Assembly (NCBI RefSeq): GCF_000743755.1
Contig: NW_014569546.1
Coordinates: forward strand, 62,001 to 126,000
Reading direction: 5' to 3'
Length of the DNA stretch: 64,000 nucleotides
Origin: Blastocystis sp. subtype 4
Lineage: Eukaryota
Shown here: positions 1-12,300 of the stretch, piece by piece
Numbering within the stretch: the stretch's first letter is position 1
Layout of the letters: every line of letters starts with the position of its first letter
Translations under genes and position numbers: made by a program
The notes under the pieces: model-generated
What the model was told of the DNA's origin: nothing
Database searches by the model: none
What the model saw: only the letters and a program-made list of their open reading frames with translations

Positions 1-2
1 AA

Positions 3-2225
3 CTCTTATCGATCACTGAACGTATAGAAATGATGGATAAACGTGACGAGATGTTGGCAAGGAAACTATCAGCAGATCCAGCAACATATCTGCCAATTCG
101 ATCATCAGTTCGAGAGATGTCTACAATGAGTGTCAAGAATGCGGTTCCTTTATCTGGTATTTTGCTACCTCCTACAAATACGTCTGAAGGTGCTTCTGGT
201 ACTGTGTCTGCTCCTGCTATTCCTACTGCAGTGCCTACAGCTTCTGCTATCCCCACAGCATCTGTTCCAACTGCAGCTCCCATCATTCCTCCTCCTATTC
301 TCTCTTCTGCTCCAAATGTACCAGCAGATCCTCTCACTATGGTACATTCGATTCCAGTAGTTCCTACTCAGTCCTCTCAAACAATGAGTAATCCTGATCT
401 CACTACACCTCTTCCTATGAACCGTACTTACGGAATCAAGAATCAGGCTTCAACAGACTTCACCTCTGCCTCTCACAAGCCTGGAGTTCCTACAGCCTTT
501 TCTCAGCCTTCGATGTCGTATCCTCAACCTCCAAATCCTTGTCTAACTCAGGAGAAGTCTGTTTCTGGACCCTCGTCATGTCCATTATCATATGCAGATC
601 TTTGTGACGCTAAGAACTTCGCTAAACCTCCTACGATGACTCTTCATACAGGAGATGGACATAGTACACCTCTCCCTGCATATCACTCACCTTTGATGTC
701 ACCCAAAACAGCTATCCCAGACGTTCCTGTGGCCCCATCTCTTTCATCAGCTGTACCAATTACGAATTCAAAAGACAGTATTCATGATGTACCCACAGTC
801 CAGATGGCTCGCCCTCTAGTACCTGAAGCCAAAGCTGTAGCTACTGTGTCTCCTTTGCCCTCCCTTACTGCAGAGATGGTACCCACTGTCTATTCAGAGA
901 TATCAATCCCACTCTCACCACTTCACTCTGCGTCGCATCCAGTGCTTGATCAGCTTGTTCCGCCAGGATCAAATCAGGAATATGCTGATGAGACTATCTC
1001 TCCAATACAGCCAGAGAATGATTTCGTTAAGCACTCAGAGGAGGATTATTCTGCTGTGTTGAAGTGTATCGATGAGTACTCCTCCCACTTCCATTGTAAT
1101 TTGACTGAATTGGACAGTCTTCTCCAGGGAGTCACCACTTCAAGCATATCAAGTGAAGAGTTTACGACATTGGCTGAATCACTGGGATCCCAAGATATGG
1201 ACATGCTGAAAGATTTGTATCTTATTCTTGATAAGACGAGACAGAATGCAGTAAATCCGAGACATTTACGAGCAGTGATTCAGTTGACAATCCAAAATCC
1301 ATTCATTGAACGTCTTCATAACTGTGTATGTATTGGATGTTCAGTCACTGAGAATGCCATAAATACTCAAGATTTTGTATCACTTATTCCAATGATCATT
1401 CAATTCCTCACTGCCACAATTCCGACGTATTTTAATCACTTCCAGACTCATCCTTTTGATCCAAAAGCTTTCATTAACCAGCACCTTCCTGTCCAACCAA
1501 CTATCTCTCTTGACCAAGTCATATCTCTCCTTTATCAGATGGTTCAGGGGATTGTGGGTACGTTAAAGACAGATGAATTGGATTTGAAACTGACTGGAGT
1601 AAGCACTACTCCAAATGCCCTATATAGGCTGTTGTTAGAGGAGACAAGTTTGAATCCAATCAAAGGATTTGTTGACTCATTGTGTGAGGATGAATGTATG
1701 ACAAGGCTCAGGGTTTTGGACTTTGCCAAGTTGTGGTTTGACGTTTGTCATATCACTCCTTCTCCATCACAGGCAAATCAGTTTGCTCGAAAACTGTTTG
1801 ATATTGAAAAGAATGAGAATCAGACTGTTCATGTTTGTATAGTGGTTCATGATAATCAATAGATTGTGAGTGTACTTGGAGGTTTCCTTTCTCTTCTTCC
1901 ATCTCCCAAATTAATCCATGAGAATATTTACATTGATCAGAACGTGTTCATCTATTCATTCTTGTCAATGGTGCTAAATCGTCCTTCTCAGTTGTTACAG
2001 TTAAGAGATCTCCGTATGATCCTTCATACAATGAGGAAGGTGAAATGTCTTCTGCGTCATTCTGAAGAGAATACAGATGAGGAGGAATCTATCATTGATG
2101 AATTGTTTGAAGGAGAAGGTAGTATAAAAAGAAATGAGTATATTGGTATTATGGCGAGTCTGATGGTTGCAAAGGAGCCAGAGAAGGTTAAGTTAGTTCG
2201 GGATCTGTTTACCAGTTGTGAATAA
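3..2225 (+). CDS. Pro/Ser/Thr-rich protein with helical C-terminal region, function unknown (5' end probably outside the window)
   Basis: The frame is open from position 3. ORF 30..1862 joins ORF 1866..2225 through a 30-nt GT..AG intron (gtttgtatag...aatcaatag). TAA at 2223-2225 is followed by TGTTTGTT at 2229. Confidence 0.7.
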
Positions 2226-2250
2226 CAATGTTTGTTAATAACAAGAAGTA

Positions 2251-4733
2251 TTAACTCTGTAAGGAACGACTAATCTGAGATACATTCAATGGCTTCTGAA
2301 GGAGTTCTTCCACGATTATTCGTTGTGATACACCTCCTCCTTTGCTTAGTAACTACTTCTCAATCATTGTTCACACCTACTCCCTTTTCTAATTCATATC
2401 CAAATGCAGGATGAATCAATGATCCGTTCTTCCTCTTCGCTACCTCACAGACAGCTGAAGCTAAGGCCTCTGATACAATGTATCTGACCTTCATTCTCAT
2501 CTCCTTCACTCACGTATACATCATTCCTCCATAACTCACTAACGAACTATGTTGAGTCAATAAATCCAGATCTGGAGGTACTTTCAAAGGACTGAATTCA
2601 TTTTGCAGTGTTGAAAAAACCTTGGAAACTGGAATCTACAAATAAAGTCCTATTCCAGTAACTACAGTTCCTGCTTCACATCCATAGCAGTATTCATCAA
2701 TCAGAGCATACAATGCTGAATTCTATTTGATTATTCTCTCTTTGTTTCATACAAAGTATTCACTTTGTTGTCTCTCTGATTGATACATGATGATCTTCTC
2801 AAACACACTCTCTTTCCCAATTACTGCTTCTGAACAACTCGAGACAGATGCTGCATTGATTGCCGCCAGTATTTCAGGAGTTCCACAAAATCGCTGGAAA
2901 ATTGTTGATGGCAATTCGACTGAATCTGCCTATTTCTGACGCAATGCCTCATTTCCAACCGCAACTCGAGTGCCAGAAATCTGAACGAATTTAGTATCTG
3001 TCAAAAGAAGTTGCATTGCATGTCCAAATTCATGATACAGAGTAGGAATCTATTGAAGACTATCAGGAGACAAGTACCATGTTCATCTCGATAATGGAAT
3101 TCTGATCACAACCTCCAAATGGTATATGAGATACAATAACTCCCTATTTCAGTTATTCTAAAATATAAGATACAATTGGATGTTGAATGGCTCCATGCAA
3201 ATCTTCGCATCGACCACGAATCGTATACATTGCACTAGCCATCTGTTTCGAGGGACGGGAATACAAATCAAGATATAGATCACCCAAATACCCCTAATTT
3301 CTGACATTCCATAAAATGGAACTACTTGTATCGAATGAGTAACACGATATTTGGAGATTTGTTGTGTAGAATGAGTCCAGAGTTGTTCTTCCTCCGTTAC
3401 ACGTTCTAAATGGACTTGAAACATGGATTCTAAAAGAGGGAAAATTCCCGCGGTCAATACACCATGAACAGTAAAGAGTCGATTCGTCTCCTATGAATCA
3501 GCTGAAGGCTTGAAAATGACTGTATAAGAAATCGTTTGTTTGCGTGCATTTAGGGATCCTTTGTATACGAAATAGTCCCAATAATGAACTGGTTCATGAA
3601 ATCCAAGATGACTGTCCTTTTCCATTTGGATTTCCTTCAATAATTCATTTTCATGGTCATAGAACGAATGTAAGACATTCTCACAGAAATCGCGGACTTC
3701 ACGGGGATTTGTCATTAATGTGTTATTCATCTGCATCTGCATGAAGTTGGAGTTGCCACAAAGTTGAGCATAGCAGTTTCGTTGGTCAATCAATTGTTGC
3801 AGAATCGTGGCGTTTTCTGGAATTGCGTTAACATACGAATAGAACAGATCTTTGCGTGTTTTGGGGTTGATCACTGCTGATAATGCATTGGTAGTATCAT
3901 ACTGAGTGAGAGGAATCGAATACTGGTTTCGAAAAGGGTATTTGTAAAGGAGAATTAAGAATCATTCACTAGGATATCTGTTTGAATCGTTGAAGTTCAT
4001 CAGGAAGAAAAAACAAATCTTTTGCATTCACAGTAAACCGCTTTGAGTTGTTTTGGAGATTCTCAGAATCAGAAAATCATTTGAACCTACATAGAGAAAT
4101 TGATTACTTAGTTGACTGATGGAATGTGATAACTGGTCACAACGTGGATCCCGCTTCTTTCCCATACCATCATGTTCATATTCACTCTTCATAATGACAG
4201 AAACCAACGACTACGATCAAACTATCCAGTACAATATCATCTTCAGGTTCCGAATCCGACATCGATCGAGTTTCTTTGAGATAGGTATACAAATTCTCAT
4301 CTTGATTCAACTTCACATTCACATCAAAGAGAATTGAGTATGCTTGAGTAGCAGAAGAGACAAACTTGGGATCATCACAAGCAGCTTGACAAAATTGAAG
4401 TAGATTTAGAGTCTGCATGACAGGTTATCTCGAATGCATACATAATCAAGTTTGTTAAGAATACTGTCCACCTTTACAGTTCGCTCATGTCTTGTTGATT
4501 ACTTCCTTCAAGACCCTACTTGTGGTGAAGAGAAGGGAGTTCCTTCAGAATCTGATCAATATCCTTCTTTTGCATCTAATATGAATAGAATCATTTACGA
4601 CTACTTCAGCAAACAAAATCAGATCATAAGGAATCTTGATTCCTGTAAATCCAAATAACCCCTTTGAAAACCATCGATTTAGAATAGAACACGATTGTCT
4701 CCGAATATGCGAGGTTAGAGTGGATTGAAACAT
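2251..4733 (-). CDS. MIPEP: Mitochondrial intermediate peptidase (M3 metallopeptidase, Oct1/MIP-like), multi-exon
   Basis: Presequence-like N-terminus (MFQSTLTSHIRRQ..GLFG). Motifs GDLYLDLYSRPSK, HEFGHAM (~3013-3034) and TRVA..VELPS. Many ~30-nt introns plus one AT-AC intron. Confidence 0.85.
3944..3977 (-). other. U12-type (minor spliceosome) AT-AC intron, 34 nt
   Basis: Minus strand reads ATATCCTAGTGAATGATTCTTAATTCTCCTTTAC. Removal joins ...LQRFKQ|KYPFRNQ in frame with ORF 3491..3874. No GT-AG alternative with matching phase was seen. Confidence 0.7.
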
Positions 4734-4771
4734 ATCAGGGACGGAGAAATCAATACTTTTAGGCTCCTTTT

Positions 4772-5727
4772 ATGGCACCCAATTGCCCATTTCTTTCAAT
4801 TGACTTCCTAATGGTTCGATTGAATAGGATTTTCGGTACAAAAGAGTATTCAAAAGTGTGGTGCAATCTTGATCTGTGTGGATTGCTAACTTTTGAAGTC
4901 GGTGAATGTACTCTTTTCCTATCATTCTATTTCATTTCTGTATCTCCTAAGTTTTGCGACTGACCTTTAGGCCCGTGTTATTCCTGTTGCCATTCCAGGA
5001 GTGTTTCTTAAGCGATTTTGTTTCGTTCTTTTAGTGTTTTTGTATTCTATGGCTGTAATTTCCCATTTTCGCTGTTTCTCATGTTCTTGTCAGTGAATTG
5101 TAGGTGCTTTCACGGATCCTGGTTCTGTACCATCCAATGCAACGTACTTACCAAACTGTGACGAAGACGATAAACTACTATTTTGTGCCAAGTGCAATGC
5201 CTACAAACCTCCTCGAGCTCATCATTGTAGCTCCTGCAATCGGTGTATTGTCCGTATGGACCATCATTGTCCATGGATTAACAATTGTATTGGTTATCGG
5301 AACATGAAGTTTTTCGTCCTCTTTCTGGTGTATACATTGCTTCTCTGTGTTTACACATTCATTATGGATATCTGTAGATTGTACTATACATATAAACATG
5401 CAGAGACTGAAGATTCGCGAAGTTGGATTCTTCTTTCTTCTTTATCTCTAGTTGTGATATTAACTATGTTGACAATGAGTCTGGCTTGTTTGTTCCTTGG
5501 ATTTACAGGTTCAATGCTTTCAGATATAAGGAGTACGATCGAGGATAATACTACCGGCATTGATCGGCTGAAAGGAAGAGATTACAGGAGTCATCGGAGT
5601 GGATTTCGAGATTACTTTGGTGAACGAGATGATTTCTCAATTCGCTGGTTATTCCCCATACTACCTCGTTTCTTCCATTTAGATAAAGTGCGTGGGTATC
5701 AGGTTCAATTGGAATCCTTTTCTCTTT
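4772..5727 (+). CDS. DHHC palmitoyl acyltransferase (ZDHHC3/7-like); stop codon predicted to be completed by poly(A)
   Basis: CAKCNAYKPPRAHHCSSCNRCIVRMDHHCPWINNCIG motif. TGTTTGTT at 5732 with an in-frame T at 5727. Alternative start at 4811. Confidence 0.88.
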
Positions 5728-5731
5728 GTAC

Positions 5732-5739
5732 TGTTTGTT
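5732..5739 (+). terminator. TGTTTGTT 3'-end/polyadenylation motif (DHHC gene)
   Basis: Exact motif, with an in-frame T 5 nt upstream. Confidence 0.8.
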
Positions 5740-5754
5740 TTAGAACAAACTCAT

Positions 5755-7522
5755 TCACATACGTAAATCTAACACATATACTTGCGGGTCAACAGAAGCA
5801 ATACTTAATTTCTCTCCTGTTCGATTGAATGCAATATCGTAAATGTGATTGACTGCTTGATAACGTCTCACCACATTTCTCGTCTATTTTTCATTCTTCT
5901 CTTCATTTCCTACTCGTAGATCATAAAAATAGATAACTTTGTCTAATCCACAACTTGCCAACAATTGATTCGAATCTCCGCAATTCTGAGCAAGGTGCGT
6001 TACAGGAGCACTATCCATCACTCTCTCATCGTTTAATGTACTCATGCTGATTCCAACTACAAATCGCCGTTCCATGAGAAATGTCAAAAATCTTCACTGT
6101 TTTGTCATTACTACATCTAAGGATGATTTTAGCATTTCATAATAACGAATAGAATTGTGATACATCTCGATTGGAAGGTAGGACTTGATTCACTTCACCT
6201 TGATGTGAGAGATACTCTTTCACAAAGTGAGAACGCTGATCATTCCATAACTATCCTTAACTCAGAATTCTATTCTCACTTTGATTGTACCATCTTCTGC
6301 AGCTGATATAAGCACAGAACGATCCAGATTCCAAGCAATACTACAGATTTCGCTTTCGTGTCCTGTTAGAATCTGAATTGCGTGGTCTTGAGAAGGATGA
6401 AGTGTGATATTGATGATTCGATTTAGATTATCGACAAAAGTACATTCATTTTCATCTTTCCATATTGAATCCAAAATAATAGCTATTTCTGTCATTAGAA
6501 GAAAACTTCATACTGTTTATCGCTAATTCATTAGTACCTCCTTCTTTTCGTTCTAATTCATTTGCTGATACAATATCCAGAATATCTTTGATATTTGAAG
6601 ACTGCGTGATATCGAGGATATGAAACGAAGGAAGGGCTCCTGTGACTAACACATGTTTTGCATCCGGTGAGAATGACACGTTGAAGACAGGACGATCATA
6701 TTTTGCTATGGATGCAAGTTGACAACCCGAAGATGACCACAAGTTAACCTCACCATTGTAGGAAGCCGAAACAATTTGTTGACCATCCGACTAGAATCAA
6801 AGAAACAATGAAGTCCTACACTCCAGTCGACACAGGTAATATCGTTCTGTTCGGTTGGAAGAATCGAATGACTCAGAATAGAACCAGCTTTGATCTCATT
6901 AACATCACTCTCTTCCTTGGAATCCTCCCAGAGACGAATTGTTGAATCACCAGAACTAGAATGAATATCGATTAATTTTCTTTACCCTGTTGCTAGAAGA
7001 TCTGAAGTAGGACACCATCTACATGAATAAACCTATGACTAAGCAAGAATGGTCACTGCAACCTCTTTCGTGTGGCCTTCAAGTACTTGCACTTTAGCAG
7101 GAGCTATTTCGATCGACTCCTTTTCCGTTTCTCCCAGCTGACTCGTTTCTAAGTTTAAATCAAGAGAAAATGAAAACGTTGATCTTTTCGATGTGAAGAG
7201 CATTTATGGGGATAAACCAACGAGAACGGAGCATTACATTCAACTTCGGTTCCATCCTACACGTAATACGAAAATACAAAACATACTTCACGAACGTGTG
7301 TTTCTAATTCGATGTACTGGAGTGCCTTCTGTAGATATGAAACCAATGTGCCAGGAGGCAAATATTCATCATATACCTTGGTATCTGCGATCATACTCTC
7401 ATAGGCAAAGGCAAAGGCAGTATGTTGGAATCCTATAGATGAAAAGGGAAACCTAGATAGCAACCTGATTCCTGCAAGTAGCGATAGACCAGGTAGTTGA
7501 CCTCTTCTGAGCGGATTGACAT
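5755..7522 (-). CDS. TBL1: TBL1/Sif2-like LisH + WD40 repeat protein
   Basis: N-terminus [28 protein letters not shown] (LisH), then PPGTLVSYLQKALQYIE, WD40 repeats and C-terminal VLDLRM*. Confidence 0.85.
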
Positions 7523-7637
7523 AGTTCGAGTACTCCAATCCAATTGTGTTTACAGAATAATCTCTATTCTCGATAGTTATATGGGATTCCCGTGTCTCCC
7601 GTCTACCTTAGGTCAGAGTATTCTATTAATTGGGGGA

Positions 7638-9260
7638 ATGAAAAACTGGAAACTGGTCATCCTAGTTCTCGTCGAGTTGACAATCAATTTTGTTGTCTTT
7701 GTGAAGCTAAATAGGGTCTACCCGCTCTCCTACCTTCTTGATCCCTCTCTTTATTGTTCAATCGTTTTGTTTCTATAAGTCATAGTTAAAAAGAAGGATG
7801 TCCGTATCGTTCCATCATATGTGGTAACGAAATGGAAGTCTCAGCCGTATGATGTTAAGAAGGCACATATTGAGTTGGTCAGCCGTATGAATACTCCTGC
7901 AAAGTATATTGTGGACGACTCACCTCGCAAATCTCCGCAATTTTCGTCTCAGACAATTCCGAAAGCTCCTGAATCTCCTGTAGCTGCGGAACAGATAGAG
8001 CCACAAACTCCTATTATAGTTAAGCCAAAATTGAGTAGTATGATTGCAGACCTGTTTTTGTCTCCGTCTGATCAGCCTATTGTTCACTCTTCGAGAGGTG
8101 TTGTATATCGTTCAATTCCTTACGGTTCACATTTGTCACAGCGCGAAAAGGAGTTTTTGGATCGTTCCTTTGATTCTGCTGTGACTCGCCCAACAGACAG
8201 TATTAAATTAAGCCCTGTTCCCTTTAATATCAAGAATGGTATCTGGTCGAAGTTGGTTTCTGCTAAGAAACTTGATGCGACAGGTAAAATTCCTTTCTTT
8301 AAGTCATAATTAGCATACAAACGAACCTATCTAACCGTTCATTTTAAATACGATCTCCCTCAAAAACTTCATATTAGTGGTTATAATCAGGTCGAACAAA
8401 CTCTTTATAGTTACTTATCTAATCCTTTTTCATTTAAGCAAGTTCCAGAGTCGGTCTATCCATCACTCAATTACGGTAATACCTTCAGCACAATTACGGT
8501 CCCTAAGTCTTGTCCTGCTGCCACTTCTTTTACTTTCCTTATTTTATCGAAACCAGAGAATGTACAACAGCGTTACGCCATTCGTCACACTTGGGGCAGT
8601 TTTAAGTCAATGGTACAAAATCGTGTTGTTTTTGTTTTTGCTATGGGAATGAGTTCTTCTGAAGCTGTGAATCGTGAGGTAGCCTACGAGAACTATCGTC
8701 ATAAGGATATCCTCCAGTTCGATCATCTTGATTCCGCCATCAACTCGACTCAGACTGTTCTTCATGGATTCCGTTGGCTGTCTATTCACTGTTACTCCAC
8801 CAAGTATATTGTAAAGGTCAAGGATGATACATCACTCAATCTTAAGCCTCTGGTCACAACAGTCCTTGAAATTGCAGGAAAGTCAAACCGTTCATTCTAT
8901 TTTGGTAGTTGTGTCGATGAGAAGTGGGAATATGTTCGTGACAAAAACAGCCCCTATTTCATTCCTTCAGAGTTGGTAGACGATTCTGTTCGCTGGCCAT
9001 GGTGTTCGGGAAGTGGTTTTGTGATCTCAGCAAACTTAGCTCCGATCATTACTCTGACATCGTATTTCATGCCATGGATCAGTGGCGTTGCCGATCTGGA
9101 GGTAGGAAAGGCTTTATCTATATGGAATATCCGGCCGTATGATATCGGGAGCGATAGGTTTGCGAATCTTCATATCTCTCAGATCCCGACATCAGAGAAG
9201 TTTGATCATCTTGGCTTCAGTTATATGTCACCAGAAGATATGTATGATGCGATGCCCTGA
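7638..9260 (+). CDS. GT31 family beta-1,3-galactosyltransferase-like type II membrane protein
   Basis: N-terminal signal anchor (MKNWKLVILVLVELTINFVVF). Motifs RYAIRHTWG, DILQFD, YIVKVKDD and WPWCSGSGFVIS. TGTTTGTT at 9287. Confidence 0.8.
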
Positions 9261-9370
9261 AATACAGAGTAGTGGAATTGTGATACTGTTTGTTTCATAC
9301 TTGTGGGAGTTTCATTTTACCGTTTCCAACTAAGAACCCTTTAATTACTGTCGATATAGCAGAAAGTAGA

Positions 9371-12300
9371 ATGGATCTATCTCCAACCAGACCTGATGGG
9401 TCTGAATTCGGTAAGAGATGGTTATTTTGGTGTGATTCTCAGGTTCATTTGGAATAGGTGATGAACTTCCTCGTGTTAAGATTCATGTGGTTGATAGCTC
9501 CAATAAGAGCATTTCAGAATGTATGATGAGACCTACAGCCATTGTACGGCATGTGAAGTTAGATATTGCTCGCTCCAATTACGTAGGCTTCGGTACTATT
9601 TTCATGCTAATATTGTAGCAAAATGTGACCAATCCAGCAGAGTGCTTCGATATCGTTTTGAATGGAAAGATTGTGGATGAAAATGAATGTATCTCCTCCT
9701 TTGTGAATGATGGAGAGATTACTTTTGCTCTGAATGTTCATGTAGGTAATGTGTGGAATACTTGATGGTTAGGAAGATCGGATGAAACTTGCATCAAATA
9801 CGGAGCAATTTAAGTCTTTTTCGAGAGAAGTTCCGTTGCGTATACAGCCACGCTCTCCTTCTTCATCTTCTGCTTCTTCCTGTTGTCGTAATGATAGAAT
9901 TTTATTTGTAGCATCCAAAAAGGGTTGCAGTCAAGTAATGGAGTTTGTCAGTAAGAAAGATATTAAAGGGTGTTTCGAATGGATGGAGACGGAGAAATTG
10001 GACGATAATCAGCTTATGACAGCTACGAACATTGCTCGAACGGGATTTCCTCGTAGCTCTTTGTAATCGTTCTTATTATAGTTGCAACCTATTCTTCCTA
10101 CTTATTGAAATATGTTCATCACTATATTCTATTTCTCTGTAAGCGTAATTCAACTTCAGAGTTAATCGCCTTTGTATTAAACTGGTATCGAGTTGTTGTG
10201 ATGGGTATTCAATTTTACACTCACTTCATTAGTAGGTATTCGTATCAAATCTTTGAGTACCATTTTGAAAGATATGGAGACTGTCTTATCACAGTACCAA
10301 TCAGATTCTGAGGTTGTAAAGGGTTGTGTTGCGATGCTTCGTCATTTGTCGGAATCTACTTGTATGATCATGCAATTGGTTTTTTATCTAGTTACATCTG
10401 AAGAAGTTGATATAGCAACATCTGATCATTATATTTCTCTCATTTCGTTTATTTTGTCAACCTATGCTAAAGATGCATTATTGAGTTCACTCTTCCCATA
10501 TCTTCAGGTATTAATTTCAAGCAGTATTAATCTTATATTGTTTGATAATTCAATAGATTCAGCCAGTTGTAAGAAGATTGTAACGCCCGTTCATATTTCC
10601 CTCCTTTCTACAATCTTACAAGAGAACAAAATTGAATATGTGATTGAAGAATTATCTAGTTATATTGCAACCATGGTTCTAAAGAATGTTTCACCACAAC
10701 TTTTCTTCACTTCCGACATCTTGTGTTCACTCAGTAATATACTTCAAGTTGCCAAGAATGAAGAAGTGAAGAAGATAGAAGCGATTTTGCGTGCATTCTT
10801 GGCTTTTTCATCTCAGAGTAGAATCATGTGGACTTGTTGAATTGTAGAAATATACCGAAATTTAGTCATTGCAAGCGGTATATGTCCAGTTTTGATTGAA
10901 CTCACGAATAATTTCAGTTCAAGCAAGATGTTAATTGGATTGATTCTGATGATCTTGGATGAGTTGTTAACAACTCAAGACGGTTGTGCTTATCTCTATG
11001 TATTGAATGTGATGTATGCATTACAGACATGTCAATCCGTATTTGGAAAGGAAGGAAAGCTTATGATACGATCTGTGGAGTGTATGATTAAATTGGCCAC
11101 TAATTATCGTAAGTGAGAGTGTATGATGAGGGTGTGAATGAGAAAGGTGTGTGAGTGTGTGAATGAATGAGGTGATAACTATGAGAATGATGTGGTGTGT
11201 GGTGAGTGTGAGAATGGTGTGTGATGACTATGAACATGATGATGACTATAAGAGTGCCCATGGTGTATGTTATGTTATTCGTCTGTATAATAACTTACTA
11301 ACGAATCAGCACCTTCATCTTCAGACTACAGTGATAGTGACATTACTCGCCTACTCAATCTCGAGAAACCTGTTAATGAAGATGAACTTCTAGTTTCTCG
11401 TATTCTCTTTCTGTTCCTTCTCCTTTCTGATAATGGTTTGTTTTCTGATCGTTTCTCATCATCAGCTGACATTTACAAATATCTTCATAGTAAGTTAGCC
11501 AAGCATCGACTCACACAGTGGAGAACACACTTTGCTGCTAATTCTTCTATCACTCAATATATCAATACTCTTCTGTCACAGTCTCTTCCTCGATCATCTC
11601 CACCTACAGGTTCAATTCTACTTAGTCATTCACATTTAGACCTCTCTCTCTGTGATATCTCGATAACACGCAAACAGACAGTGAATCAGATCATACAAGT
11701 CTCACTCTTTGGTCAGGTTATCTGGTTGTTCTATCATCCAACGTCTGACATTGCTCTCTCCTCCACCACTGCTTGTCTGAACACTCTAATCGTACGTGGT
11801 AGGGTTCTGATAGATATGATCATTCACTAGTACTTGGACCTAATCAACTGGCTTCTCTAGCTGCTTCTTCACTTCCCAAGCGTCTCTCATCAATTCTTCA
11901 CGGTACCTCTGTTTTATCCGTTCAAACCAATATCATTCAAATGCTTGCTGTTCTGATTCAAAGTAACATTGTTCTGTTCTCTTCATGCTCAGATGCTTCA
12001 GAGCCAGTAGTCTTCTCATCACACTTCATTACGGATCTATTGAGGCTACTCACATCTTGCACTTATTCTCTCGCTATTATAACAGACACTCTTCGTATTC
12101 TAAAAACCCTTGTTATAACACGTATCTCTCTATGTCTCTCTCTTCATTTGTAGCTGCATATGATGCTCTGATCCAACCTTGTCTTCAGGATCTCACCATG
12201 TACCTTCAAATCACTCACTATGCAACACATTCAATCCAATGTCGTAATCTCGCTCAGTCCATCTTAGAAGCACTCCATAGTCCTCTGAGCTATCCAGGAA

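Noticed and set aside
4560..4570. ATATCCTT on + (also GTATCCTT near 35857 and GTATCCAT near 43773 on -) as further U12 donors
   Set aside because: The first is on the wrong strand for the local gene, the second lies in an apparent exon (WLYPWIF), and the third heads a 30-nt intron with no clear U12 branch box.
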